Positions 1 through 8,912 of a DNA stretch of 64,000 nt are shown in pieces (positions within the stretch are counted from its first letter, which is position 1; each line of letters starts with the position of its first letter). The stretch lies in NCBI GenBank assembly GCA_037190965.1, contig JBBCKI010000042.1, positions 1 through 64,000 on the forward strand, written 5' to 3'. This stretch comes from Chthoniobacteraceae bacterium. GTDB lineage: Bacteria > Verrucomicrobiota > Verrucomicrobiia > Chthoniobacterales > Chthoniobacteraceae. Position numbers and translations under genes: made by a program. The notes under the pieces were generated by a model. The model was not told the DNA's origin, did not search any database, and was given only the letters and a program-made list of their open reading frames with translations.

Positions 1-122
1 CGTAAAATGCTCGATTTTTGGGAATGATAAATCATTGCCCTCCTTCGAAACAGGCCGTGTAGGGCAAATATGAGCGTCGGAGTTTTTCAGAATCGAGCAT
101 ACTTGGAGTTTTCACACAGTCT
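1..122. mobile_element. Right part of a palindromic MITE-like element (family E), truncated by the window start
   Basis: Internal inverted repeat ATGCTCGATT (8-17) / AATCGAGCAT (91-100); ends in GAGTTTTCACACAGTCT, reminiscent of IS1182-type termini; no ORF. Confidence 0.5.
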
Positions 123-142
123 CAGAGTTTGGGAACGAGGAA
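123..142. repeat. Right terminus of repeat family A
   Basis: CAGAGTTTGGGAACGAGGAA is identical to the end of the copy at 24745-24900. Confidence 0.8.
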
Positions 143-352
143 AAACAGAAATTCAAATTCGCGCAGGGAAGGGACACTCTTTGTCCCACTCCATGCCCTA
201 GAATCGGCGACTCAGAGATGAGAAAGGCCGGTCACGCGGAGCGGGCGCACGAGGGCAGCAAACATGGGGACCAGGGATTGGCGCGCAGAGTGGCGCGGGG
301 CCGGTCTTTCTCGATTGCTTCAGGCTCGGATTTTCTGTTATCGGTCCGGCCC

Positions 353-964
353 ATGGAACGCATTATTTGTTTTGGGGACTCGATCACCGCTGGGAGACCG
401 TTTCCCGAGGGACGGCGCTGGACGGCGCTCGTGCAGAGCGAGCTCGATAAAATCGCCCCCGACCGGTTCGAGGTCTACAACCGGGGCGTCGGCGGCAACA
501 CCACGCAGGAAGGGTTGGCGCGCTTCGACGGCGAAATTGCTCCCCTTCTACCCGGTTGGGTGCTGATTGAATTTGGGTTCAACGACGCCAGCGTACCCCC
601 CGGGCGTCGCATTCCCCGTTGCAATCTCACCGCATTCACGGAAAACCTGGGCGAGATCGTCCGGCTGATCAAAGCCGCCAAAGGGAAGCCGGTGCTGCTT
701 GCCAATCACCCCATTCAAAAAGAAAGGCCCGGCCCTCAGGGCAACGGCCGCCCCTATTTCCAGAACTTCAAGCCCTACCAACCGGCCATTCGGGAGGCGG
801 CGGAGAAACTCAGGGTGCCTTTGATCGATCTCGAAAAAGAGATGAAAAACATTCGCCTGGACGATCTCCTTGCCGAAGACGGCCTTCATCTCTCCCTCGG
901 CGGCAATCGCCCCTATGCAGCGTCGGTTCTCAAAGGATTGCGGCCGTTGCTCCGGCTGAAATAG
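353..964 (+). CDS. SGNH/GDSL hydrolase
   Basis: FGDSIT block I, NRGVGG block II, GFND block III, DGLH block V; start taken at ATG 353. Confidence 0.9.
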   Translation: MERIICFGDSITAGRPFPEGRRWTALVQSELDKIAPDRFEVYNRGVGGNTTQEGLARFDGEIAPLLPGWVLIEFGFNDASVPPGRRIPRCNLTAFTENLGEIVRLIKAAKGKPVLLANHPIQKERPGPQGNGRPYFQNFKPYQPAIREAAEKLRVPLIDLEKEMKNIRLDDLLAEDGLHLSLGGNRPYAASVLKGLRPLLRLK

Positions 965-969
965 AGCCG

Positions 970-1947
970 TCAGCACCCCCACGTTTTCGCCAGAAAGGCC
1001 GCCACGGCATCAATGTCCGGGGCGGGCTGGCGTTCCTGCGTGGAATCCGCAAGCTGCCGCATCTGGAAAAGCGTTTTGTCCCGCAGCACCCAGGCGTCGG
1101 GGAGGTACGGCCCGACGCGCGCGGGATCGCTCCAGGTGTGGATGGAAAGGAGCGGCTTGGCCAGCGCGGCAGCGATGTGCATCGGGCCGCTGTCGACGCT
1201 GACGACAAACCGCGACTGCCGGATCAGCCAGATCAATTCCGAAATCGTGGTTTGATTGAGGAGATCGATGACGTTGGGGAGTGCGGGGAGCGGAGGCTCC
1301 GTCGTCCGGCCCGCCAGGACCACCCGGAAGGGAAGAGCCCGGCAAAGAGCCTCGACATCCTCAAGGGAGAGCGACTTCCCTTTACCACGCGAAAAAGGGT
1401 GAAGCAGGAGAAAGGGTTCATCGGCGTTTCTGATGGCTTTGAATCCCGTCGGAGGTGTCCCGGCGGGGAGCTTCCACTCCAACGGCCCATCGGTTTCCAG
1501 GCCAAGCAGGGCGGCCATGCGCAAGTACCGGTCAACGGCGTGCTCCCGGCGATCGACCTGCGCGGCGCGGTCGTAGAAAAACCGGGCTCCTTCGCGAGCG
1601 TCGGAGAGCCCCAGAAAGCTCTGGCCTCGGCAGGCGCGCCCCGCAATGGCGCTGCGGAGCAGCCCCTGGAAGTCGAGGACGAGATCCGACCGGTAACGGG
1701 CCCGGAGCTTTCGCAGCCACCGGACCTGCTTGACCACCTTGGGCGCGCCGCCGAGGTCGCGGCGGGGAAAGGGGATCACCTCATTGATGTCGGGGTTCCC
1801 CTCCAGCAGCGGCGCCCACTCGGGATTGATGAGCCAGCGAAGCCGGGTGTCAGGCCACGCCCGCTTGATGAGCGCCGTGACGGGCAACGTGTGAACGATG
1901 TCTCCCAACGAGCTTGGTTTGACGACAAGAAGGGTGCGGATCGCCAC
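970..1947 (-). CDS. GT9 glycosyltransferase (LPS heptosyltransferase, WaaC/WaaF-like)
   Basis: SSLGDIVH, DFQGLLRS and DSGPMHIAAA motifs. Confidence 0.9.
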   Translation of the reverse strand: MAIRTLLVVKPSSLGDIVHTLPVTALIKRAWPDTRLRWLINPEWAPLLEGNPDINEVIPFPRRDLGGAPKVVKQVRWLRKLRARYRSDLVLDFQGLLRSAIAGRACRGQSFLGLSDAREGARFFYDRAAQVDRREHAVDRYLRMAALLGLETDGPLEWKLPAGTPPTGFKAIRNADEPFLLLHPFSRGKGKSLSLEDVEALCRALPFRVVLAGRTTEPPLPALPNVIDLLNQTTISELIWLIRQSRFVVSVDSGPMHIAAALAKPLLSIHTWSDPARVGPYLPDAWVLRDKTLFQMRQLADSTQERQPAPDIDAVAAFLAKTWGC

Positions 1948-1958
1948 AAAGCTTAATC

Positions 1959-2681
1959 CTAATTACCCAGCGCAAGACGATCGGCGAGGCGCTGGGGCAG
2001 CCCAGCCTCCACCACCTTGTCCTGCGCGGTGTAAATATCGTACTCGATGCGGCGCAGTTCCACGTAGTTCTTGTCGGCGTGGTAGATGCAGTAGGAGGCG
2101 TGCCAGTCGCCGTCGCGGGGCTGGCCGACGCTGCCGACGTTGATGAAATACTTCTTCCTCGGCTGGATATGCAGGATATCGAGCGGCACGGCGCGCACCG
2201 TCTCGTCGCGAACATAGGCGCGCGGCGCATGCGTATGCCCGTAGAAGCAAATGTTCGTGTACTGGTAGTTGAAGCTCGCGGCGGCGTCGAGCTGGTTGAA
2301 GACGTAGCCCCACTGGTGAGGTGTGTCGAGGGTGGCGTGGACGACCGAAAAATCGCGTACCTGCCGGACGAGCCGCAGGCTGCGAAGCCATTGCTTGTCG
2401 TCGTCGTCCAGGTGATCGCGGGTCCATTTGATGGCCACTTCCGCCAGGGGGTTGAAGTTCTCCAGCGCGTCGCCCAGATAGGCCTGCTCGTCGTGGTTGC
2501 CCTTTACGACGGGGCAACCGAGTTCGCGGACAATCTGCACACATTCGTGGGGGTTGGCGTTGTAGCCAACGATGTCTCCAATGCAAACATGATGGGTACA
2601 GCCGTGCTCCTTGGCATCGGCCAGCACGGCTTGCAACGCCTCAAGGTTGGCGTGAATATCTCCAAAAATCGCAAAACGCAT
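1959..2681 (-). CDS. Calcineurin-like metallophosphoesterase
   Basis: DIHAN, GDIVGY, GNHD, GHTH, NVGSVGQPRDG motifs. Confidence 0.92.
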   Translation of the reverse strand: MRFAIFGDIHANLEALQAVLADAKEHGCTHHVCIGDIVGYNANPHECVQIVRELGCPVVKGNHDEQAYLGDALENFNPLAEVAIKWTRDHLDDDDKQWLRSLRLVRQVRDFSVVHATLDTPHQWGYVFNQLDAAASFNYQYTNICFYGHTHAPRAYVRDETVRAVPLDILHIQPRKKYFINVGSVGQPRDGDWHASYCIYHADKNYVELRRIEYDIYTAQDKVVEAGLPQRLADRLALGN

Positions 2682-2709
2682 GTCTCAGTCAGGGGTGGGC
2701 TGGGCGCGA

Positions 2710-3477
2710 TTATTGGTTGTTCTCTGGTGGGATGTAAATCCTTTGCTCTTTGGGGATATTCAATTTTTCCTGCAGATCCCCGATTCGCGAAAGAAGGGTT
2801 GGGAGGCGCTCCTGTTCTCCCAGGTGGTAGAGCTTCACCAGCATTTCGTATGCCTCTTTTTCCCTTCCCTCAACATAAGAGAGCTCGTAGGCCGCAAAAC
2901 GCTTTTCGTAAGCTGGCGCGTCGGGAAACTCGGCCGCCTTGGCGTAGGCTTCCGAGGCTCCGAGATGATCCTTCAATTTGTCGCGCAGGAGAAGGCCCAT
3001 CCGGTCGTAGAGAACGTATTTGTCCGGGTTGTTACGGATGCCTCGTTCCAGATAAAGGCGGCCCAGTTCGAAATATTCCCGCTGCGCCTTGATGCGGAGC
3101 GCTTCCCGGGGCTGCTTGGGATTATCCCGCGCCCAGTTGCTGGCGTTCCAGGCCATATGCCAGGAGGCCATTTCCCAAAAAAGCGTCACGCGGGGCTGCA
3201 ACGTCGTCACCCCGTCAAAGAGGACGACCATTCGGCCCCACTCCGTATTCTGCCAAGCGGTGTTGGCCTGAATCCAGAGAAGATCCGCCACGACGGAGCG
3301 GAACCCGCTCAACGCCGCGATGAAACCTCCCTGCCCGATCTGTTCGCGCAGCCCAAGATCCAGCTTTGCCCCGCGAAAAAACGCCGCGCGGTGCTCCTCG
3401 TTGAGCGAACGCTCAAAGGGAAGCCGGGCCGCCCCGAACGCAAGCAGGGCCACAAAGACGATGGCGATCCGTTTCAA
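2710..3477 (-). CDS. Membrane-anchored TPR-like accessory protein of the adjacent ABC transporter
   Basis: N-terminal hydrophobic segment, helical repeats (ADLLWIQA, LERGIRNNP), co-oriented after the ABC genes. Confidence 0.65.
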   Translation of the reverse strand: MKRIAIVFVALLAFGAARLPFERSLNEEHRAAFFRGAKLDLGLREQIGQGGFIAALSGFRSVVADLLWIQANTAWQNTEWGRMVVLFDGVTTLQPRVTLFWEMASWHMAWNASNWARDNPKQPREALRIKAQREYFELGRLYLERGIRNNPDKYVLYDRMGLLLRDKLKDHLGASEAYAKAAEFPDAPAYEKRFAAYELSYVEGREKEAYEMLVKLYHLGEQERLPTLLSRIGDLQEKLNIPKEQRIYIPPENNQ

Positions 3478-3491
3478 AAGGGTTTTTCCTC

Positions 3492-4412
3492 CTACAGTTC
3501 TTTTTTGGCGAACACGAAGTAAGCAAGGAACAGGTAGACCAGCACGTAGACCACGCCGAGCCCGGCAGTCTTGAGAAAGAGCAGCGTGGCGATGGCATTC
3601 CCCGCGACAATATCATCCACGAGATTGAAGAGTTGCAAATCCGGGAAAAGCAGAGAAACCAAAGCGAGAAAAACCTTGGTCAACGGCGTGCCACCGTTGT
3701 CGGCCAGCCAGTAATCCCGGGCAACACTCTGGATGTTCCCGATGAAATAAACCGCCACCGAAGTGACGATGGTGAAGATCCACGACGAGGCGAACGTGGA
3801 AATCAACAGCGTGAGCGCCGCAAACAACGCCGCCTTCAGGTAAATGGCGATGATTGCGGGGAGCAGCGACCAGGTGAACGTGGAAGCCTTGACGCTCCGT
3901 ACGATATCCGCGATCTGGTCGGCGGTAGCCCCCGCGCCGGCCTGCGTGGTGGCTTGAGAGATAACGAACTCCTGCCGCCCGTAAAGCACCGCCGCAAAGA
4001 GTCCCGCCATGATGAGCGTGGAGATCAGCAGCAATGTGAGCACCCCGAGCAGTTTGCCCACGAGGTACTCAAATCGGGGGACCGGCTTCGCAAGGATGGT
4101 GTAAAGCGTCCTGTCTTCGATGTCCTTCGGCAGCAGCATCGCGGTGGCGAGCACCGAGAGGAGCCAGGTGAAAATCGACATTGCGCCCAGCGAGATGTCC
4201 TTCAGCATCTGGAACTGCTCCTGAAAGGAGAAGTTGATCATGAAGACCGAGCTGCCGATCAGCACCAGCGCGAAGATCAGCAGAAAGTAAAACACCTTCA
4301 GGCGGACCAACTCCAACAACGTGTTGGAGGCGATGGCAAACACCCGGGAGATGGAAAACACCTTGTGGGGAGGGTGCGAAGCGGAAGTCAGGGAAGGGGC
4401 CTGGGTGCTCAT
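3492..4412 (-). CDS. ABC-2 type transporter permease
   Basis: Multiple TM helices; DIEDRTLYTILAKPVPRFEYLVGK motif; 4-bp overlap with ATPase gene. Confidence 0.88.
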   Translation of the reverse strand: MSTQAPSLTSASHPPHKVFSISRVFAIASNTLLELVRLKVFYFLLIFALVLIGSSVFMINFSFQEQFQMLKDISLGAMSIFTWLLSVLATAMLLPKDIEDRTLYTILAKPVPRFEYLVGKLLGVLTLLLISTLIMAGLFAAVLYGRQEFVISQATTQAGAGATADQIADIVRSVKASTFTWSLLPAIIAIYLKAALFAALTLLISTFASSWIFTIVTSVAVYFIGNIQSVARDYWLADNGGTPLTKVFLALVSLLFPDLQLFNLVDDIVAGNAIATLLFLKTAGLGVVYVLVYLFLAYFVFAKKEL

Positions 4413-5248
4413 TTGGTCACCTCCAGGAAGAAGCGTTCCAGAGTGGTTTGCGGCTTGGTCGTTTCCACCAGCCGTGCGCCGGAGCAGGCCACTTCGGCCT
4501 CGATCTTGGCCAGCAAGGCTGGAGAGGCATTTTCGAGAATCATCTGGGTTTGGTTTTCTACGGAAATCAACTCGTCGAGTTTCCCCTCACGCACGAGGCG
4601 GCCTTTGTGAAGAATGCCCACGCGGTCGCAGATCTCCTGCACCTGCCCGAGAAGGTGGGAGCAGAGGAGAATCGTGATGCCGCGCGATTTGAAGTCGAGG
4701 ATCAGGTCGCGGATCTCGCGCGAGCCCGCGGGGTCGACGCCGGCTGTCGGCTCGTCGAGCACCAGCAGGCGTGGCTCCTGAATGAGCGCCTGCGCAAGCC
4801 CGATGCGCTGGAGCATCCCTTTGGAGTAACCGCCCAGCCGCCGATCCGCCGCGTTCTCAAGACCCACAAGCTTGAGCAGATCACGCGCGCGGTCCGCAAG
4901 CACCGTGCCACGCATTCCGCAGAGCTTGCCGTAGAACCGGAGCGTCTCCGCGCCGGTGAGGTACTTATAGAAATACGGGTTCTCCGGAAGGAAACCGACT
5001 TCCTCGCGGCTCTCGACCCGGGAGGAATCACGCCCGAAAATCTCCGTCGTTCCCGCCGTGGCTGGCACGAGGCCAAGGACAATCTTCATCGTCGTGCTTT
5101 TGCCGGAGCCGTTCGGCCCCAGAAGTCCGTAGACTTGCCCGGGCTCCACCGTCAGGGAGAGATCGTGGACAGCGATCACGCGCTCCCGTTTGAAAGGGAT
5201 CGGAAAAACTTTGGTCAGATTGCGAATGGAAATCGCCGCGTTGCTCAT
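4409..5248 (-). CDS. ABC transporter ATP-binding protein
   Basis: Walker A GPNGSGKST, signature YSKGM, Walker B LVLDEP, H-loop. Confidence 0.95.
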   Translation of the reverse strand: MSNAAISIRNLTKVFPIPFKRERVIAVHDLSLTVEPGQVYGLLGPNGSGKSTTMKIVLGLVPATAGTTEIFGRDSSRVESREEVGFLPENPYFYKYLTGAETLRFYGKLCGMRGTVLADRARDLLKLVGLENAADRRLGGYSKGMLQRIGLAQALIQEPRLLVLDEPTAGVDPAGSREIRDLILDFKSRGITILLCSHLLGQVQEICDRVGILHKGRLVREGKLDELISVENQTQMILENASPALLAKIEAEVACSGARLVETTKPQTTLERFFLEVTK

Positions 5249-5299
5249 TGAATCAATGGGACTTATGGGCTTTGGGAAGTTCGGGGGGGAGGAACCCCA

Positions 5300-5578
5300 T
5301 TATGGACGAATTTCGAATCCGCGCAAGCCCTGGAGCATGCCCGGAGCCGCAGGGTCCTCCTGGGTTCCCTTGATAAACCCCGCGAGTTCGCTCTCTGCGA
5401 TGGATTCGAGAAATCCTTCCACCTCATCGGGAGTCCCGCTGACAAGAAGCTCCACCCGCCCGTCAATAAGGTTCCGCACCCAGCCGGTCACCTCGTATTC
5501 CTTGGCAATCTGGCGAACGGTGTACCGGAATCCAACCCCCTGGACTCTCCCTTCGTAAAAGACGTGCTTGGCAATCAT
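5300..5578 (-). CDS. acyP: Acylphosphatase
   Basis: GRVQGVGFR and GWVRN motifs. Confidence 0.9.
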   Translation of the reverse strand: MIAKHVFYEGRVQGVGFRYTVRQIAKEYEVTGWVRNLIDGRVELLVSGTPDEVEGFLESIAESELAGFIKGTQEDPAAPGMLQGLRGFEIRP

Positions 5579-5636
5579 CGGCCTTATTTTTAAGCGAGAT
5601 TCGGAGCGGCGCAAGAGGGGAAGCGGGCCCCATTAA

Positions 5637-5797
5637 GGTAGCCCGCTCTCGCCGAGAGCGCGGGAGATGACGACGAGGCGCCCTGGGCCATCCCCGCCGA
5701 ATAGGCTCCTCTTTGCCGGGATGCAGCCTGAGAGGGAGGTGCGGAAGCCGATACCCGCGCTCGGCGGCGCGAGCGGACTACCGGCGCTGCCGCGCCA
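5637..5797. repeat. GTAG-type REP doublet (family B), copy 1
   Basis: GTAG+CCCGCTCTCGCCGAGAGCGCGGG, then an inverted second REP ending CTAC plus a GGCGCTGCCGCGCC hairpin; homologous to 13513, 40573, 43383. Confidence 0.85.
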
Positions 5798-5810
5798 GTG
5801 CTGTAATCAA

Positions 5811-6575
5811 TCACCGCCCCTGCAACGCGTCCTTCAGGACGTGGTAAATGAACAGCGTATTATACACCGCGTACCGCTTCCAAAGCCTCTTGGGCTCATT
5901 GACGAGACGGAAGATCCACTCCATCCCGAAACGCTGCATCCAGGCGGGAGCCTGCTTGACCATGCCGGAATGGAAGGGGAACGCCGCGCCAATGGCGAAA
6001 TAGACCCCTGAGGGGAGTTTCTTCTTGTTGCGCGCAATCCAGAGCTCCTGCTTGGGGCAGCCAAGACCAACCCATATGTACTTCGCGCCGGAGGCAGCAA
6101 TTTTGGCGATGATCCGGTCGTCCTCGTCAGCGGGCCAGGGCCCAAAGGGCGGCGAGTGAGCGCCGACAATCTGGATGCCGGGAAACCGCTCCTTTAATTT
6201 TTCCTGCAGTTTATCCAGCATCTCCTGGGAGCCGCCCATCAGGTAATGAGGGATGCCGGGCTGCTGGAGCGCGTGGAGCATGAGAGTCGGGCCGTAAACC
6301 CGGTCGGACAACCCCGCGCCCTTGGCGTTCATGACCCAGACGAGCGGCATTCCGTCCGGGGTAATCATGTCAAAATGCGTCAACGCTTCCCGGAATTCAT
6401 CGTGGTGCTTGGAAAGGGTGACGAAGTGGGTGGCAGCAGCGCCAACCGCCCATACACCACCCTCCGGCGCCTCGGCCCAGGCACGGGTCAATTCGACCGC
6501 CGAGGCGTAGTTCGTAATGGAAAGGGGAACGCCCAGCACGGGGCAGGTCTGCGGTTTTTCGATCGAAGTTTGCAA
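5811..6575 (-). CDS. WecB/TagA/CpsF family glycosyltransferase
   Basis: PDGMP, RVYGP, VGLGCPKQE, EWIFRLVNEPKRLWKRY motifs; start (TTG) uncertain. Confidence 0.9.
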   Translation of the reverse strand: MQTSIEKPQTCPVLGVPLSITNYASAVELTRAWAEAPEGGVWAVGAAATHFVTLSKHHDEFREALTHFDMITPDGMPLVWVMNAKGAGLSDRVYGPTLMLHALQQPGIPHYLMGGSQEMLDKLQEKLKERFPGIQIVGAHSPPFGPWPADEDDRIIAKIAASGAKYIWVGLGCPKQELWIARNKKKLPSGVYFAIGAAFPFHSGMVKQAPAWMQRFGMEWIFRLVNEPKRLWKRYAVYNTLFIYHVLKDALQGR

Positions 6576-6606
6576 GTGAAAATAAAGGTGGTACGATACC
6601 GCGTTT

Positions 6607-7662
6607 ATGGCCGAAAACTCCCCCGACCACCTTAATGGTGGCCTCAACCAAGCGACGCGAGTCGTGCAAGGAAACCCGATTTCGCCGGGAGAAGCAAATT
6701 CGGAACGCTCTTTTTTGGAGGAGTTGACGGCATTTGGCGGATGGTGCGCCAGAAATCCGCTTTCAGCGCTTCTGTTGGTGACGTTGATCGGCATCTTCTG
6801 CGTCGCTTACGGCTGGTATCACCCGTTCATGATGGGCCACGAATCGACCGCGGTCTGGGCCTGGAGGGCCTGGAACCCCGACGGCGAACAATCCCACGGC
6901 CGCATTGTCCCCCTGATCGCCCTCGGCCTGATCTGGATGGCGAAAGAAGATATCAGGCGCGTGGCGGGAGCCGGATCCAATCGAGGGCTGCTCTGGATCT
7001 TTGCCGGGCTCGCTCTTTTTGTCCTGGCCGCCCGTTGCCTCCAGCCCCGCATGGCGATCGCCAGCCTTCCCTTTTTCATTTACGGCACGGTCGGTTTCCT
7101 CTGGGGAAGCAAGGCAGCCAGGGTGATCCTCTTCCCCTGTGTGTTTCTGGTTTTCATGATTCCGGTGGCGGCGCTGGAGCAGGCAACCTTCCGGCTGCAG
7201 TTCCTCATCACGGGGACGGTCAGCACGCTTTCGCACCTCTTCGGCATCGGGATTCAGGGGCTGGGCACCACGCTGACCGCCACCGATGGCGCGTTTCACT
7301 TTGAAGTTGCCGAAGGATGCAGCGGCATCCGCTCGTTGACGGCGATGACGATGCTGACGGCCGCCTACGTTCACCTCACGCAGGATAGGCTTTGGAAAAA
7401 ATTGGTGATCTTCGCCTGCTCCGTGGTCTTCGCGGTGATCGGCAACGTGGGCCGGATTTTCACCGTCGTGCTCGTCGCGAAGTATTACGATCCGACCTTT
7501 GCGGCAGGCACGCTGCATGACTACTCGGGTTACGTCTTCTTCCCGATTGCCGTGATGGCCATGCTTTCGTTTGCCAAGCTGGTCAATCTCGGGAGCGAAG
7601 CCGGCAAGAGATTGCTGCCCAAAGAAGTACCCCAGGACGGAGAGAAAGCAGTTTCCCAATGA
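6607..7662 (+). CDS. Exosortase (EpsH family)
   Basis: Polytopic membrane protein with Cys (VAEGCSGIRSL), Arg (NVGRI) and His (LHDYSG) triad. Confidence 0.9.
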   Translation: MAENSPDHLNGGLNQATRVVQGNPISPGEANSERSFLEELTAFGGWCARNPLSALLLVTLIGIFCVAYGWYHPFMMGHESTAVWAWRAWNPDGEQSHGRIVPLIALGLIWMAKEDIRRVAGAGSNRGLLWIFAGLALFVLAARCLQPRMAIASLPFFIYGTVGFLWGSKAARVILFPCVFLVFMIPVAALEQATFRLQFLITGTVSTLSHLFGIGIQGLGTTLTATDGAFHFEVAEGCSGIRSLTAMTMLTAAYVHLTQDRLWKKLVIFACSVVFAVIGNVGRIFTVVLVAKYYDPTFAAGTLHDYSGYVFFPIAVMAMLSFAKLVNLGSEAGKRLLPKEVPQDGEKAVSQ

Positions 7663-8345
7663 TTACCAAACGTTTGATTGCCCTGCAGGCGGTGATTCTC
7701 CTCGGCTTTGGCACCATCCTCCTGTTGCCCACCGCACCAAGCCGGCCTGATCCGGGAGTGAGGATGGAACTGCCCGACTTCCTCGGTGAATGGTACGGGC
7801 AGGATGCAGAGGTGACGCAAAAAGAAATCCTGACCCTGGGCCACGAAACCCAGTTCGCGCGGAAGGTCTACACCAATGGTCGGGGGGATGCCGTGTTTGT
7901 CTCCATCGTTCTCGCGGGGAACGACATGAACACCAGCATTCACCGTCCGGAACGGTGCCTCCCCGCCCAGGGGTACACCATGATCGACTCGCGCCGCCTG
8001 AAGGTTGACCTTCCTACCGGCCCGCTCACGATCACCCGGCTGCATAACACACGCCCCCTGAACATCGAGTCGCGTCCCGGCCTGACGGAACAGAGTCTCA
8101 ACTACTACTGGTTTGTCGGCTGCACGGAGACCACCGCCGATCACGTGGAGCGGAACCTGATGGATATCCGCGACCGCGTCCTGCACGGCTACACCCAGCC
8201 ATGGGCCTATGTCACGGTGGTCAGCAGAATCAGCGAAAAGCTCCAGCGATACGGGAAAAACGAAGCGCAGACCGACGCCATGCTCGACACCTTCCTCAAG
8301 CAATTGATCCCGGTGTTGCAGACCCCCGTCGTCAAGAACCGCTAG
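7659..8345 (+). CDS. Exosortase-associated EpsI family protein
   Basis: IHRPERCLPAQGY and YYWF motifs; overlaps exosortase stop. Confidence 0.85.
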   Translation: MITKRLIALQAVILLGFGTILLLPTAPSRPDPGVRMELPDFLGEWYGQDAEVTQKEILTLGHETQFARKVYTNGRGDAVFVSIVLAGNDMNTSIHRPERCLPAQGYTMIDSRRLKVDLPTGPLTITRLHNTRPLNIESRPGLTEQSLNYYWFVGCTETTADHVERNLMDIRDRVLHGYTQPWAYVTVVSRISEKLQRYGKNEAQTDAMLDTFLKQLIPVLQTPVVKNR

Positions 8346-8373
8346 CCGCTTTTTTGCGTCGAGCCCAGCCGTT

Positions 8374-8530
8374 TTCCTCGTTACCAATCTCCAGATTGGT
8401 AATGCCATTGTCCCCGAATCTCTGATTCGAAAGCCTTCTCATCCCGTGCAGGGTGCCGGTACGGACAAGGATTGCGAAACTGGAGTTTCGAAGACACGGG
8501 CATTTCCAAACGGAGTTTGGAAACGAGGAA
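8374..8530. repeat. Four-hairpin palindromic repeat (family A), copy 1
   Basis: Termini TTCCTCGTT / AACGAGGAA; close homologs at 24745 and 55231. Confidence 0.92.
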
Positions 8531-8656
8531 AATATTACGAGCCTTTTCTGACTCGGATACCAGGTTTTAGGCACCCTCTCCGGGGGCCTTCCGGCTCCCC
8601 TTGCCCTGCCCTACAGAGGCACCCGCACGAAAGTGAGGCCCTCATGGCTTCCCCGA

Positions 8657-8722
8657 TTGACACAGGAAGCGAGTTTCCCTATCCCTTGGGGTAGGCTTCC
8701 CTGACCACCACAGCATCTTGTG
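8657..8722 (+). promoter_or_regulatory. Putative nrd promoter with two tandem NrdR boxes
   Basis: TTGACA at 8657; weak box TCCCTATCCCTTGGG (8676-8690) and good box CCACAGCATCTTGTG (8708-8722), 32 bp apart, upstream of RNR genes. Confidence 0.7.
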
Positions 8723-8912
8723 TTTCCAGAAGGAAAACTGCCGAGCAAGCTCCCTGAAAAACGGAGTTAAATGCCGGAAAACACAGTGTTTGCGGGTTGC
8801 GGCGGAGAGGCCGGAAACTTGACCTGATCTGCACTCCGGCGTTGACGCGGGCGACCCGCCGAAAGCACCTTGGAGCGGATGGGTCAATGCACCCAATTTT
8901 AGAGCCAACCCA

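Noticed and set aside
8730..8912. Cobalamin riboswitch upstream of nrdBA
   Set aside because: Common at nrd operons, but the conserved core and B12-box sequences were not found
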